Of a stretch of 64,000 nt of DNA, positions 9,050-20,345 are shown in pieces. Each line of letters begins with the position of its first letter. The first letter of the stretch is position 1. A program made the position numbers and the translations under genes. The notes beneath the pieces were generated by a model. The model saw nothing but the letters and a program-made list of their open reading frames with translations, was not told the DNA's origin and did not search any database. The stretch is from Bryobacterales bacterium (GTDB taxonomy: Bacteria > Acidobacteriota > Terriglobia > Bryobacterales > UBA6623). Location: NCBI GenBank assembly GCA_041394905.1, contig JAWKHJ010000004.1, positions 398,952-462,951 on the forward strand, given 5' to 3'.

Positions 9050-11293
9050 TGCTCGAGCATCTCTCGAGCGCCGTATCCCAAGCCTCGAAAAGCTCAGGCA
9101 CGGCGGCTGCGAACAAGTCCGCGCCGTTCAACCGCACGTCGAGGCGGTGATCGGCGATGGTTTGGCCAATCTGCAGCGCCGGGATGCCGAACGATTCGGC
9201 GATCCGGCGAATGGCGTCGAGGTTCTCTTCCGACGTGGAGAGCAACACGCGCGACGGGGCTTCATGAAAGAAGACGTATACAGCGGGAGATCTGTTTCAA
9301 TCTCGAGCCGCGCACCCAAACGTTTGGGTCCGAAGCAGGATTCGACAGCGGCAACCAACAAGCCGCCGTCGCTCAAATCGTGCATCGACTCGGCCAGCCC
9401 TTCGCGGGCAATCTGGCGGGTCGCATCTTGCACGCGCTTCTCGAAGTCGAGATCTAGCGCCGGGGGCAAGCCCCACAGCTCGCCCGTCACGACCTTGGCG
9501 TACTGTGAGCTGCCAAAGCGGCGCTCGAGTTGATCGTCCGAACCCGGCAGCAGGCCGCCGAGCAGCAGCAAGGTCCGCCCCGGCGCCTGGAAGTCGACCG
9601 GCTGCGGCGGCTCCATTCCCGGCCGCAATCCAACGACTCCTATGACAGGTGTAGGATAAATGCCCTTACCCAGAGTCTCGTTGTAGAGACTGACGTTGCC
9701 GCCGGTGATCGGCGCGCCGAAATGCGCGCACGCCTCTCCCAGGCCTTCGATTCCAGCCACCAACTGGGCCATGATCTCCGGCTTCTCCGGATTACCGTAG
9801 TTGAGGCAGTTCGTCGCGCCGAGCGGCTGCCCGCCCGTCACCGACACGTTGCGGCAGGCCTCCGCTACCGCCAGCTTCGCGCCCTCACGCGCGTCGAGCG
9901 AACAATAACGTCCGTTACCGTCCAGCGCCATCGCGAGCGAGACGCCGGCCTCTTTCACGCGCACCACCGCCGCATCCGCGCCCGGCCCGGAGAGCGTATT
10001 CGTGCGCACCTGGTAGTCGTACTGCTCCCAAATCCAGCGTTTCGAGCACAGATCGGACGACGCGAGCAGCTTGACCAGTGCAGCCTTGGCCCCTGGCCCG
10101 TCGACGTCGGCCACCGCCGGCCCGTCGAGCGGCCCCGAGCGGTAAGGCTCGGTGTACGGACGCTGATACAGCGGGGCGTCGTCGGTGAGGAACGAGTTCT
10201 CGAGCAGCGCCACGGTTTCGCCGTGGTCCTTCACTTGTAGGAGACCGCCGTCAGTCACCGTCCCGATCTCCGCCGCGTCCAGGCCCCACTTGTGAAAGAC
10301 GTCGTAGACTTCCTGCTCACGGCCGCGCTCGGCGACCAGAAGCATGCGCTCCTGCGACTCCGAGAGCATGATCTCGTAGGGCGACATGCCCTGCTCGCGC
10401 TGCGGGACCAGCTTCAGGTCGATCTCGACGCCCGCGCCGGAACGGCCGCCCATCTCGCAGGTCGAGCAGGTCAGTCCGGCCGCGCCCATGTCCTGGATGC
10501 CCAGCACCGCGCCGGTCTTCATCGCCTCCAGGCAGGCTTCGAGCAAGAGCTTTTCGAGGAAAGGATCGCCCACCTGGACGTTCGGGCGCTTGGCTTCGGA
10601 GTCTTCGCTGAACTCTTCCGACGCCATCGAGGCGCCCTTGATGCCGTCGCGGCCCGTCTTCGCGCCGACGTAAATCACCGGGTTACCCACGCCCTCGGCG
10701 CGGCCAAAGAAGATCTCGTCGTGCTTGAACACGCCCAGGGCAAATACGTTGACCAGCGGGTTGCCGCTGTAGCCGGGCTCGAAGATGCACTCGCCGCCAA
10801 CGGTCGGCACGCCGAAGCAGTTGCCGTAATGCGAAATGCCGCCGATCACGCCCTTGACGATGTGGCGGTTCTTTGCGCCCGTTTGCGGATCGTCTAGCGG
10901 GCCGAAACGCAACGAGTCGAGCACCGCGATCGGCCGTGCGCCCATCGTGAAGATGTCGCGCAGGATGCCGCCCACGCCCGTCGCCGCGCCCTGGAAAGGC
11001 TCGACGAAGCTCGGGTGGTTGTGGGATTCGATCTTGAACGCCGCCGCCCAGCCTCCGCCGATGTCGACGATACCGGCGTTCTCGCCCGGACCGACTAGAA
11101 TACCGGGGCCCTTGGTCGGCAGACCCTTCAAATGAAAGCGCGACGACTTGTAGGAGCAGTGTTCGCTCCACATCACGCTGATGATCCCGAGCTCGGTCAG
11201 CGTCGGTTCGCGGCCGAGACGCTCGGTGATCCGCTCGTACTCCTCCGCGGTCACTCCGTGTTCGCGGACGAGCTCAGGCGTTATCACGGACAT
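9024..11293 (-). CDS. purL: Phosphoribosylformylglycinamidine synthase subunit PurL; one frame change near 9275-9285
   Basis: ORF 9128..11293 contains [31 protein letters not shown]. Its last roughly 45 aa are off-frame. The true tail ([37 protein letters not shown]...) is in the frame of ORF 9024..9248. Confidence 0.93.
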
Positions 11294-11298
11294 TGCAG

Positions 11299-11994
11299 TT
11301 AGCGGGCGAGGCTCAGAGCCCCGATCATCGATTCGAAAATGAAGCGGCCGTCGGTCAGCCCCAAGGCCGGGTCGGCGGCGCGCTCCGGATGCGGCATCAT
11401 GCCGAGAACGTTGCGACCTTCGCTGAGCACGCCGGCGATGTTGCGCGCCGAGCCGTTCGGGTTCGCTTGCGGCGTCGCCGCGCCCGAGGCGTCGACGTAG
11501 CGGAAGGCCACCCGGCCTTCGCGTTCGAGCGTGTCGAGCGTCTGCTCATCGGCCTGATAGCTTCCCTCCCCGTGCGCGATCGGAATCGCGATCGGACGGT
11601 CGGGGCATTCTGAGGTAAACGGCGAATCCTTGGTCGCGGCTTCGAGCAGCACCGTCTTGCAGGCGAAGTGCAATGAGGCGTTGCGCACCAGGGCGCCAGG
11701 CAGCATCCGCGCCTCGGTCAGCACCTGGAAGCCATTGCAGATGCCGATGACCAGCCCGCCTCCGTCAGCAAAGCGCTTGATCGCGCCCATCACAGGCGAA
11801 AAATGCGCAATCGCGCCGCAGCGCAGATAGTCGCCGTAGGAGAATCCGCCCGGCAGCACGATCGCGTCGCAGCCCTGCAGATCTTCGGACTGATGCCAGA
11901 TGGGAACGCTCTTTTGGCCGAGATTCGACTCGAGCGCGTAGAGCGCATCGTGATCGCAATTCGAGCCGGGAAAAATGACGACGCCGAATTTCAC
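11299..11994 (-). CDS. purQ: Phosphoribosylformylglycinamidine synthase subunit PurQ (glutaminase)
   Basis: Intact 231-aa ORF with a GTG start. Motifs: [32 protein letters not shown]. Confidence 0.95.
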   Translation of the reverse strand: MKFGVVIFPGSNCDHDALYALESNLGQKSVPIWHQSEDLQGCDAIVLPGGFSYGDYLRCGAIAHFSPVMGAIKRFADGGGLVIGICNGFQVLTEARMLPGALVRNASLHFACKTVLLEAATKDSPFTSECPDRPIAIPIAHGEGSYQADEQTLDTLEREGRVAFRYVDASGAATPQANPNGSARNIAGVLSEGRNVLGMMPHPERAADPALGLTDGRFIFESMIGALSLAR

Positions 11995-12110
11995 GGAAGA
12001 GGAGGGGAGCCGACCGCCGTCGGAATCTCATCTTAACACTTCGGCAACAGAGCAGGCCGCCGAGGACTGCATTTTCCCTACAAAGGTAGTCTCGCGGCGG
12101 CCCTTCTCGG

Positions 12111-12431
12111 TCAGCCCAGCTTGACCGCCGTGCCCGAAGCGCTGACCATTAGCATGCCGTTGCTCTGGCCGAGCACCTCGTAGTCGAGATCGACGCCAAC
12201 GACGGCGTCCGCGCCAAGTTCGGCGGCACGCTGCTCGAGCTCGCCCAGTGCGATCGAGCGCGCCTTCTCGAGCTCACGCTCATAAGCTGCGGAGCGCCCG
12301 CCGACGATGTCGCGAATGCCCGCGAAGAGGTCCTTGAACAGGTTCGCGCCGACGATCGCCTCGCCGACCACGATCCCCAAATAGCCGCGAATCGCGTGGC
12401 CGTCGATGGAAGGAGTGGTTGTCGTAATCAT
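12111..12431 (-). CDS. YbjQ/UPF0145 family protein
   Basis: Intact 106-aa ORF. Family-typical sequence: [40 protein letters not shown]...[10 protein letters not shown]. Confidence 0.85.
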   Translation of the reverse strand: MITTTTPSIDGHAIRGYLGIVVGEAIVGANLFKDLFAGIRDIVGGRSAAYERELEKARSIALGELEQRAAELGADAVVGVDLDYEVLGQSNGMLMVSASGTAVKLG

Positions 12432-12489
12432 GGTTCCTGATCGTCTATACGAGATCAGGCCACCATTTCGTTCGCTTTTTGAGCGGCGG

Positions 12490-13374
12490 CTACAACTTCA
12501 ACCCTTTCAAATACTCGCGGAACTCCCCGCCCAGGTCCTCCCGCTCGAGCGCAAACTCGACCGTCGCCTTCAAGAAGCCCAGCTTGTCGCCGGCGTCAAA
12601 CCGCTCGCCGTCAAAGCGGTAGGCATAGACTGGGGCCGTCTTCATCAAGTTCTTGATGGCGTCGGTGAGCTGAATCTCGCCGCCGCGGCCGGGCTCGGTC
12701 TCATCGAGTGCGCCGAAGATGTCCGCCGTGAGCACGTAGCGCCCGATGATGGCCAAATTCGAGGGCGCCGACTCAGCAGGCGGCTTCTCGACAAGGTTGT
12801 TCACTTTGAACAGGCGATCCTTCGAGCCCGCAAACTCGACCGGCTGGGCGTCGACAACGCCGTAAGCCGAAATCTTGTCCTTAGGCACTTCCATCACGGC
12901 GATGACCGACGCGCCGAAATAGTCGTAGATGTTGGTGAGCTGCTTGAGGCACGGGACCTGCGAGCGGATCACGTCGTCGGCCAGCACCACCGCGAACGGC
13001 TCTTCACCCACCAGCTCCCGCGTTACGCCCACGGCATGACCAAGCCCAAGCGGCTCCTTTTGGCGGATGTAGGACATCTGCACCAGATCGGAGATCTCGC
13101 GCACCAATTCAAGCTCGGCTTTCTTGCCCCGGGCTTCCAACTCGTATTCGAGCTCGAAGCTCTTGTCGAAGTGGTCTTCGATGGCCGCTTTGCCACGTCC
13201 GGTGACGACGATGATGTTTTCAATGCCCGAGTCGAGCGCCTCTTCCACGCCGTACTGGATGATGGGCTTGTCGACGAGCGGAAGCGTCTCTTTCGGCTGC
13301 GCTTTGGTCGCAGGCAAGAACCGCGTACCCATGCCGGCCGCGGGAAAGACTGCTTTGCGCACTCGTTTTTTCAT
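12490..13374 (-). CDS. galU: UTP--glucose-1-phosphate uridylyltransferase
   Basis: Intact 294-aa ORF. Motifs: [54 protein letters not shown]. Confidence 0.92.
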   Translation of the reverse strand: MKKRVRKAVFPAAGMGTRFLPATKAQPKETLPLVDKPIIQYGVEEALDSGIENIIVVTGRGKAAIEDHFDKSFELEYELEARGKKAELELVREISDLVQMSYIRQKEPLGLGHAVGVTRELVGEEPFAVVLADDVIRSQVPCLKQLTNIYDYFGASVIAVMEVPKDKISAYGVVDAQPVEFAGSKDRLFKVNNLVEKPPAESAPSNLAIIGRYVLTADIFGALDETEPGRGGEIQLTDAIKNLMKTAPVYAYRFDGERFDAGDKLGFLKATVEFALEREDLGGEFREYLKGLKL

Positions 13375-13474
13375 CTTCTTTTCACTGTGAAGGAATGCAC
13401 CGGCGATCGCAACGCGGAATCGGCTCGGCGGCGGCGCCGAAATCGATAGTTCCGCCGATAGATCTGTTGGCGAT

Positions 13475-14169
13475 ATGCGATTAGCGAGCCTACGTGCGGT
13501 CGTGTTCGACCTCGACGATACGCTCTACCCCGAGCGCGACTATACACGCGGCGGCGCACGCGCCGTGGCAGCAGCGCTCGGCCGGCCGAGCGCCTCGGCG
13601 AGCTGCTCGCAATCGAGCAGGATGACCCACAAGCGCCACTCTATTCGGCGTGGCTCGAGCAAAAGGGGCTGGGCGAAGCGATGCTGCCGGAGCTGTTGCG
13701 CATCCATCGCAGCCACGAGCCCACGCTTGCCCTCGCACCGGACGTGCGCGCCACGCTCCGGCGCTTGCGAATGCGCTTCCGCCTCGGGCTCGTCAGCGAC
13801 GGCAGGCTGGAGCAACAACGCGCCAAGGCGGAGGCGTTGGGACTGGCCGCACTGCTCGACGCGCTCGTGTTCTCCGACGAGCTGGGCCGCGAGCACTGGA
13901 AGCCCGATCCAGCGCCCTACTGGAAGGCGCTCGAGCGACTGGGGGTCTCGCCCACGGAGGCCGTCTACGTTGGCGACAACCCTGCCAAGGACTTCCTCGG
14001 CGCCCGCCGCGCGGGGATGCGGTCGGTCCGCTTGCGGCGGCCCGATGGGCTGCACGCCGCAGCCGAGCCCCAGAGCGCCGAAGCCGCCCCGGACGCCGAG
14101 GTTGCGACGTTCTCCGAGCTCGAAGCCCTGATCGGAAGCCCGCAAGGGTCCGGTTTCGCTACCCTCTAG
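13475..14169 (+). CDS. HAD-superfamily hydrolase; one frame change in GGCCGGCC at about 13580-13587
   Basis: The N-terminus has VVFDLDDTLY (HAD motif I) in ORF 13475... The rest is in the frame of ORF 13681..14169 (GLVSDG; KPDPAPY; VYVGDNPAKDFLGARRAGM). That frame is already open and protein-like from about 13585 (PAERLGELLAIEQDDPQAPLYSAWLEQKGLGEAMLPELL). Confidence 0.75.
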
Positions 14170-14173
14170 GGCG

Positions 14174-15628
14174 GTGAATCGTCGACAGTTCCTACAAACC
14201 TCTCTGACGGCCGCGTCCGCGCTGTGGGCAGGCTGCACTTCTGAGCCCGCCCAGGCCAAGCCGCCCAACGTGGTTTTCATCCTGACGGACGACCAGCGCT
14301 GGGATTGTCTCTCCGCCGCCGGGCACCCCTTCCTGAAAACGCCGAACCTCGACCGCTTGGCCAACGAGGGCGTGCGCTTCGCCAACGCCTTCGTCACCAC
14401 GTCGCTCTGCTCGCCCTCGCGCGCCAGCTTCCTCTCCGGCCTCTACGCCCACACGCACGGGGTGGTGAACAACTTCACCGAGTACCCCGCCAACCTGGCG
14501 AGCTTCCCCGTGGCGCTCCAGAACGGCGGCTATGACACGGCCTACATCGGCAAGTGGCACATGGGCGAGGACAACGACGAAAAGCGCCCCGGCTTCGACT
14601 ATTGGATCAGCCACAAGGGCCAAGGCCAGTACTGGGATACGACGTTCAACGTCAACGGCGACCGCCGTGAGGTGAAGGGCTACTATTCCAACGTCGTCAC
14701 CGATTTCGCCGTCGACTACCTAGAACAAGAGCACGAAGCGCCGTTCCTGCTCTGCCTTGGGCACAAGGCGCCACACGGCGTCTGGATTCCGGACACCCCC
14801 TACGAACACGTCTTCGATTCCCTAGACGTACAGGAGCCAGAGACGGCGCGACTGCTGGAGCCACTGCCCGACTGGGTGGGCGAGCGCATCAATACCTGGC
14901 ATGGTATAGACGGCAACCTCTACGGTCTCGAGGACTTCGGCAAATTCATCCGGAACTACCACGCGACAATTCTTTCGGTCGACGACTCGGTCGGACGCAT
15001 CTACGACGCACTCGAGAGAACTGGTCAGCTCGACAACACCTTGATCGTCTTCGCTGGAGACAACGGCTTCCTGCTCGGGGAGCACGCCTCGATCGACAAG
15101 CGCACGATGTGGGAAGAGTCGATTCGCGTCCCGCTGCTGGTACGCTATCCGCCGCTGATCGAGCAACCGCGCGTGATCGAGCAACAGGTGCTCAACCTCG
15201 ATGTTGCGCCGTCGATCGTCGATATTTGCGGGCTGGCGCCCCTGGGCGACGTCGACGGTCGAAGCTTCAAGCAACTCGCCGCCACGGGCGAAGACCCCGG
15301 ATGGCGCAAGAGCTGGATGTACGAGTACAACTTCGAAACGCAGTTCCCCTATACGCCCAACGTGCGCGGCGTGCGGACGGACGACTGGAAGTACACCCAC
15401 TACCCCAATGGCGAAGGCCGCCCGGAGACTCACAAGGCCGAGCTCTACCACCTGGCCGAGGACCCTCTCGAAAAGGTGAATTTGATCGACGACCCCGCCC
15501 ACGCCGACAAACTCGCCGAGCTCAAAGCCGAGCTCGCCCGGCTGACCGAAACATCGGGTGCCATCCCCGACCGCATGCCGGTCGACCCCGTGCTGCGCAT
15601 GGAGCTGCCCGACAAGGACATCCGCTGA
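14174..15628 (+). CDS. Arylsulfatase-family sulfatase (Cys-type), Tat/lipoprotein-like signal
   Basis: Intact 484-aa ORF. It has MNRRQFLQTS...LWAGC at the N-terminus, the sulfatase signature LCSPSRASFLSG, and NVVFILTDDQRWD. Confidence 0.9.
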   Translation: MNRRQFLQTSLTAASALWAGCTSEPAQAKPPNVVFILTDDQRWDCLSAAGHPFLKTPNLDRLANEGVRFANAFVTTSLCSPSRASFLSGLYAHTHGVVNNFTEYPANLASFPVALQNGGYDTAYIGKWHMGEDNDEKRPGFDYWISHKGQGQYWDTTFNVNGDRREVKGYYSNVVTDFAVDYLEQEHEAPFLLCLGHKAPHGVWIPDTPYEHVFDSLDVQEPETARLLEPLPDWVGERINTWHGIDGNLYGLEDFGKFIRNYHATILSVDDSVGRIYDALERTGQLDNTLIVFAGDNGFLLGEHASIDKRTMWEESIRVPLLVRYPPLIEQPRVIEQQVLNLDVAPSIVDICGLAPLGDVDGRSFKQLAATGEDPGWRKSWMYEYNFETQFPYTPNVRGVRTDDWKYTHYPNGEGRPETHKAELYHLAEDPLEKVNLIDDPAHADKLAELKAELARLTETSGAIPDRMPVDPVLRMELPDKDIR

Positions 15629-15712
15629 GGCGGCAATCGACTACGACTCTCTAGGATCAGGACGTGCTGCGAAGCAACCCGACGGGCCTCGGAAGAGTCC
15701 AATAGTTGAGGG

Positions 15713-16588
15713 ATGCGAACAGCCCTTTCTATAACCGTAGTCGCGTTCGCGCTTTGGGCGACGATGCGGCGAGCGACGGGCGCAGCCAGTTGCGCGGAGC
15801 CCGAGCTGATCGAGCGCCCGCCCGCTGGCGCGCATTCGGGTTCGGCGGACGAGCCGCTGACGGTCGTCTCGATCAACATTGCCAAACAGACTGACGAGGC
15901 GGTCATCGCGGCCGAGATCGAGCGCCACGAAATTCTACGCCGAGCCGACGTGCTCGCCCTCCAAGAGGTGCGGCGCGAGGATGGCAAGGCCAACGTCGCC
16001 TTGCGGCTGGCCGAGCGGCTGAACATGGCGGTATTGGTCGGCGGCGCGGGCGACGGGATGGGCCCCGACAGCACGGACGCAGTCGCCCTGTTGAGCCGCT
16101 ATCCGTTGTCCGACCCCACTGTGATACGACTGCCCCAAAACAGTCTCGGGATCCGCTCACGTTGCCGCGTCGCGCTCGCCGCCACGGTCGGGCATCCGAC
16201 TGCTGCGACGCGTGTGATCGGATTGCACTTGGATACGCGCATCAACACCGAGAGCCGCATGGCGCAACTCGAGCCCGCGCTCGCCGACGCCCATCGCTTT
16301 GAAGGGCCAGTCGTATTTGCGGGAGACTTCAACACGAACAAGTTCCTTTGGCTGGAGCATCTGATCCCCGTCCCCTTCGTCCAGGATCAGGTTGGCCCAG
16401 TCGTAGAACGCATGGCGCAGCTCGGCTTCCGGACCCCGTTCGAGCCCGGCGGACAAGCGACGAACGACTTCCTCGGACTACAGCTCGATTGGGTCTTTCT
16501 GCGCGGGCTCGATGCGGCGCACTGGGGCGTCCAGCCGCTCGATTTCTCGGACCACCACGCCGTCTGGGTCAGGACGAAGGAGCAGTAG
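15713..16588 (+). CDS. Endonuclease/exonuclease/phosphatase (EEP) family protein, secreted
   Basis: Intact 291-aa ORF with an N-terminal hydrophobic signal. EEP-like blocks: VVSINIAK, LALQEV, VIGLHLD, FAGDFN, SDHHAVWV. Confidence 0.7.
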   Translation: MRTALSITVVAFALWATMRRATGAASCAEPELIERPPAGAHSGSADEPLTVVSINIAKQTDEAVIAAEIERHEILRRADVLALQEVRREDGKANVALRLAERLNMAVLVGGAGDGMGPDSTDAVALLSRYPLSDPTVIRLPQNSLGIRSRCRVALAATVGHPTAATRVIGLHLDTRINTESRMAQLEPALADAHRFEGPVVFAGDFNTNKFLWLEHLIPVPFVQDQVGPVVERMAQLGFRTPFEPGGQATNDFLGLQLDWVFLRGLDAAHWGVQPLDFSDHHAVWVRTKEQ

Positions 16589-16611
16589 CCTTGTACACCG
16601 AGGCGGGAGGC

Positions 16612-17679
16612 TCAGGCGTTTAGTCTGAAACGCCGAAGCTCCCCACGATACAAATGCACGATGCGCTGCGCGTAGAGGTTCGTCACGTTCGCCTGGGTGC
16701 GCAACATCTCGAGATAGGCCGTCTTGAGAAGCTGATCCTTCCCGTTCGTCAGCGTGTCGCGGATGCTTTGCTGCACTCGCGGGTCGGAGAAGTCCCGCTG
16801 GCCGGGTTGCTCCTTGTCGAGCAGCCGAATGATGCGATATTGGCCGCCAGTCTCGATGACAGGGGAGTTCTCACCGGGAGCGAGCGCCGCCACGACGCGC
16901 CGCAAGGTAATGTCGGCCTTCTCGAGCGACGACTGTGGGATGAAGCCGAGGTCGCCGCCGGTCGAAGCCGTCGAGGGGTCCTCGGAATAGTTCTGTGCAA
17001 GCGTGCTGAAATCCTCGCCGTTGCCGAGCCGGTCCTCGATCATGCGGATCTTCTTCTTGGCGGTATCTTCATCGACGGCGTCGTCGTTGAGCAGATTGGG
17101 CACGGGCGTCTCGGGCGTCGGGGTGACGACGATCTGCGCCAAATGCAGACGCAGTTCGGCGAGCGCGAAGCTCGCTTTGTTCGCCTCGTAGTACTGCCGC
17201 ATCTCAGCCTCGGAAACTTCGACGCGCGAACTGATCTCGCGGTTGAGCAGCTTCTCGATGGTGAGCGTGCGGCGAATCTCCGCGCGCAAATCCTCGCGAG
17301 TGAGCTCTTGCTGCTCGAGGGATGTCTGGAAATCCGCGTCAGTCTCGAACGGTGCGCGGTATTGCTGAAAGCGCTGGTCGACCTCCTCGTCGTTCGCCAT
17401 CAGCCCCAGCGATTCCGCCTTCTGCAGCAGAATCTGGCGGTCAATGATCTCGTTGAGCAAGCTCAAACGCATCATACGCGCCTGATCTTCGCTTGGAGGG
17501 CCCGCCTGTTCCCCGACTTGGCTGAGGAAATAGCGGTCCAGATCCGCAGTGCTGATCTGATAGCCGTCCACGACCGCGGCGACGTCATCGCCGCCACCGC
17601 CTTGGCAGGCCAAAAGCGAGACCGCGGCCAAGCACAAAGCAAGCGCTGGCCGCGGTCTGAGGTTCATTCGTCCGGTCAT
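16612..17679 (-). CDS. SurA-like periplasmic chaperone / PpiC-type peptidyl-prolyl isomerase lipoprotein
   Basis: Intact 355-aa ORF with a lipobox (LLAC). It has a SurA-N-like helical part and a parvulin block (FSTLAQNYSEDPSTASTGGDLGFI...GENSPVIETGGQYRIIRL). Confidence 0.75.
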   Translation of the reverse strand: MTGRMNLRPRPALALCLAAVSLLACQGGGGDDVAAVVDGYQISTADLDRYFLSQVGEQAGPPSEDQARMMRLSLLNEIIDRQILLQKAESLGLMANDEEVDQRFQQYRAPFETDADFQTSLEQQELTREDLRAEIRRTLTIEKLLNREISSRVEVSEAEMRQYYEANKASFALAELRLHLAQIVVTPTPETPVPNLLNDDAVDEDTAKKKIRMIEDRLGNGEDFSTLAQNYSEDPSTASTGGDLGFIPQSSLEKADITLRRVVAALAPGENSPVIETGGQYRIIRLLDKEQPGQRDFSDPRVQQSIRDTLTNGKDQLLKTAYLEMLRTQANVTNLYAQRIVHLYRGELRRFRLNA

Positions 17680-17706
17680 CGCAGGATGCGATTCGTCCGA
17701 GGGAGC

Positions 17707-18159
17707 TTATTCCTCGTCTTCTTCGATCTGTTCGCCGGCTTCCTGGGCCGCCTTCAAGCGCTCTTCACGACGCTTGCGGCGCTCTTCGGCCTTGCGCTTG
17801 ATCTCCGAACCCAACAGTTCGATCAACGCCGTCTCGGCGCCGTCGCCCTGCCGCGTGCCAACCCGCAAAATGCGCGTATAGCCGCCCGGCCGCTCCGAAA
17901 AGCGCGGTCCGATCTGCTCGAACAGCTTCTTCACGGCCTCGGGTTTGAGCAAGTACGCCGCCGCCTGCCTGCGGGCGTGCAGCGTGTCGCGTTTGGCCAG
18001 CGTGATCATCTTTTCGACCTGCGGACGCACGGCCTTGGCCTTGGTCACCGTCGTGATGATCCGGTCTTCGAGAATCAGACTGGTCGCGAGGCCGCGCAGC
18101 AATGCGCGACGCGCCGACCCGTCCCTTTGCAGCTTGTATCCGCCTACTCTATGCCGCAT
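17707..18159 (-). CDS. rplQ: 50S ribosomal protein L17 (with acidic/basic C-terminal tail)
   Basis: [42 protein letters not shown]; last gene of the alpha operon. Confidence 0.95.
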   Translation of the reverse strand: MRHRVGGYKLQRDGSARRALLRGLATSLILEDRIITTVTKAKAVRPQVEKMITLAKRDTLHARRQAAAYLLKPEAVKKLFEQIGPRFSERPGGYTRILRVGTRQGDGAETALIELLGSEIKRKAEERRKRREERLKAAQEAGEQIEEDEE

Positions 18160-18208
18160 GATGCACCTTCGTTTCTGAGAATCCTTGTGACTTGCCCGGG
18201 CCGAACGC

Positions 18209-19192
18209 CTATGCGTCCGGCGGAATGAGCCGGCCCTGGTCGTCGAAACGCATACCCAGGCTCAACCCCATCGTCGTCAGGATCTCCTTGATCTCGTTCA
18301 ACGACTTGCGTCCGAAGTTCTTGGTCTTGAGCATGTCGGCTTCCGACCGCACCACCAGATCGCCGATGGTTTGGATGTTGGCGTTCTTCAAGCAGTTGTA
18401 AGAACGCACCGACAGCTCGAGTTCTTCCACCGAGCGATTCAGATGCTCGTTGAAGCGCTCGGTTTGCGCGTCGACCGGAACCTCTTCCGCCGCCGTCTCT
18501 TCCTCGAAGTTGATGAAGATCGACATGTGATCCTTGATCAACTTCGCGGCGAGGCCGATCGAGTCCTGCGGCGTGATTGCGCCGTTGGTCCAGACCTCGA
18601 GGCCCAATTTGTCGTAGTCGGTCATCTGGCCCAAACGAGCCTGATCAACCGTGAAATTCACCTTGCGCACCGGCGAATGCACCGAGTCGATCGGGATGTA
18701 GCCCAACGCCAAATCCTCATCGAAGTTCCGCTCAGCCGAGACGTAGCCGCGGCCTTGCTTCACGCGCATCTCGATGTCGAGCAGCCCGCCTTCGCTCACG
18801 GTCGCGATATAGACGTTCGGGTCGAGAATTTCGACTTCCGAATCGGCCTCGATGCGGCCGGAGAACACCTCGCCAGCGTCCGTCGCGCGCAGACGAATCG
18901 TGCGCGGGTTGTCGGTGTGCAGCTTCAGGGGAATCTGCTTGAGGTTGAGGATGATGTCAGTCGCGTCCTCGGTCACGCCCGGAATCGGGCTAAATTCGTG
19001 CGAAATGCCTTCGATACGGACGGCGGTGATCGCCGCGCCTTCAATCGAGCTGAGCAGGGCGCGACGAAGCGAGTTACCGATGGTTGCGCCGAAACCGCGC
19101 TCAAACGGCTGCGCGCTGAAATGACCGTACGTGTCGGTCAGCGTGTCCGGGTCGACGGCCAGACGCTTCGGCTTTTGAAATCCTTTCCACAT
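18209..19192 (-). CDS. rpoA: DNA-directed RNA polymerase subunit alpha
   Basis: Intact 327-aa ORF. Motifs: FERGFG.T.GN.LRR.LLSS..GAA..., C-terminal [22 protein letters not shown]. Confidence 0.96.
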   Translation of the reverse strand: MWKGFQKPKRLAVDPDTLTDTYGHFSAQPFERGFGATIGNSLRRALLSSIEGAAITAVRIEGISHEFSPIPGVTEDATDIILNLKQIPLKLHTDNPRTIRLRATDAGEVFSGRIEADSEVEILDPNVYIATVSEGGLLDIEMRVKQGRGYVSAERNFDEDLALGYIPIDSVHSPVRKVNFTVDQARLGQMTDYDKLGLEVWTNGAITPQDSIGLAAKLIKDHMSIFINFEEETAAEEVPVDAQTERFNEHLNRSVEELELSVRSYNCLKNANIQTIGDLVVRSEADMLKTKNFGRKSLNEIKEILTTMGLSLGMRFDDQGRLIPPDA

Positions 19193-19280
19193 GCGCGTAA
19201 TTCGTCTCCTCAGCTATCCGCGCACGCCGTCCCGCTTCGAGAAGAAGGGGACGGCGTACCAGTCTCCGCCCATGCTCGGC

Positions 19281-19898
19281 TTATCGTGAGTAAAGCTCGA
19301 CGATGAGCTGAGCGTTGATTTGCGTCTGTTCGACGTCGTGCTTGGACGGCGTGCCGATCACCCGCCCGCGGAAGTTCTGCGGTTCGACCTCGAGCCAGCT
19401 CGGCAGCAACGAGTGCGCCGGCGTCTCGATCGCCGTCTGAATTCCGCCGTGCTCGCGGCTCTTCTCGCGAATCTCCACGATGTCGCCCGGCTGCACCTGG
19501 TAGGACGGAATGTCCACCTTGCGGCCATTCACTGCGATGTGGCCGTGGTTGACGATCTGGCGCGCCATACGGCGCGTCATCGCAAAACCAAGCCGGAAGA
19601 TCACGTTGTCGAGACGCTGCTCGAGCAACGACATCATGTTGTCGCCGACGACGCCCTTCATGTGCGTCGCTTTTTCGTAGTAGCGCCGGAACTGCCGCTC
19701 GAGGACGTCGTACATGAAGCGCGCTTTCTGCTTCTCTTGCAGCTGCGTGCCGTAGTTCGACATCTTCTTCGGGCGACGGCTCTTGCCGTGCTGTCCCGGG
19801 GGGTAGGGCCGCTTGTCGAGCAAGCGCTCGGACTTGGGGTCCAGCGCCAGCCCAAGGCGGCGTGATTTCCTGACGACGGGTCCTCGATTTCTCGCCAT
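19281..19898 (-). CDS. rpsD: 30S ribosomal protein S4
   Basis: MARNRGPVVRKSRRLG...YGTQLQEKQK.R..Y. I chose the internal ATG at 19898, downstream of the rpsK stop at 19918; the listed start at 19952 overlaps rpsK. Confidence 0.94.
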   Translation of the reverse strand: MARNRGPVVRKSRRLGLALDPKSERLLDKRPYPPGQHGKSRRPKKMSNYGTQLQEKQKARFMYDVLERQFRRYYEKATHMKGVVGDNMMSLLEQRLDNVIFRLGFAMTRRMARQIVNHGHIAVNGRKVDIPSYQVQPGDIVEIREKSREHGGIQTAIETPAHSLLPSWLEVEPQNFRGRVIGTPSKHDVEQTQINAQLIVELYSR

Positions 19899-19917
19899 GT
19901 TCGTTCTCCTCTCGCCG

Positions 19918-20325
19918 TCAGACGCGCCGCTTCTTCGGCGGGCGGCAACCATTGTGCGGGATCGGCGTCACGTCTTTGATGTGACGAACCATGATGCCCG
20001 CCGTGGCGAGCGCACGCACGGCCGACTCGCGTCCGCCGCCGGGCCCTTTCACCCGTACGCTCACCGTCCGCAGACCGTGTTCCTTCGCCGCGTTCGCCGC
20101 CGTCAGGCAAGCCTGCTGCGCCGCAAACGGCGTTCCCTTTTGCGATCCGCGGAAGCCCAACGAGCCAGCCGACGACCAGCTGATCAGGTTGCCTTCCTGA
20201 TCGGTGATCGTCACGATCGTGTTGTTGAACGAAGCCTGCACGTGGACCACGCCGACAGGAATGTTCTTCTTGACGCGGCTTTTGAACTTCTTCTTGCCCT
20301 TGCCTTTTGCTGCTGCTTTCGCCAT
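19918..20325 (-). CDS. rpsK: 30S ribosomal protein S11
   Basis: [22 protein letters not shown]...GFRGS.K.TPFAAQ...[17 protein letters not shown]. Confidence 0.96.
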   Translation of the reverse strand: MAKAAAKGKGKKKFKSRVKKNIPVGVVHVQASFNNTIVTITDQEGNLISWSSAGSLGFRGSQKGTPFAAQQACLTAANAAKEHGLRTVSVRVKGPGGGRESAVRALATAGIMVRHIKDVTPIPHNGCRPPKKRRV

Positions 20326-20345
20326 GTCGTGTTAACTTCCCGTGC

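Noticed and set aside
12406-13449. 347-aa plus-strand ORF
   Set aside because: It is antisense to galU, with no motifs and shadow-frame composition.
16654-18228. 524-aa plus-strand ORF
   Set aside because: It is antisense to the SurA-like gene and rplQ, both of which have clear family signatures. It is a low-complexity R/L/A-rich shadow ORF.
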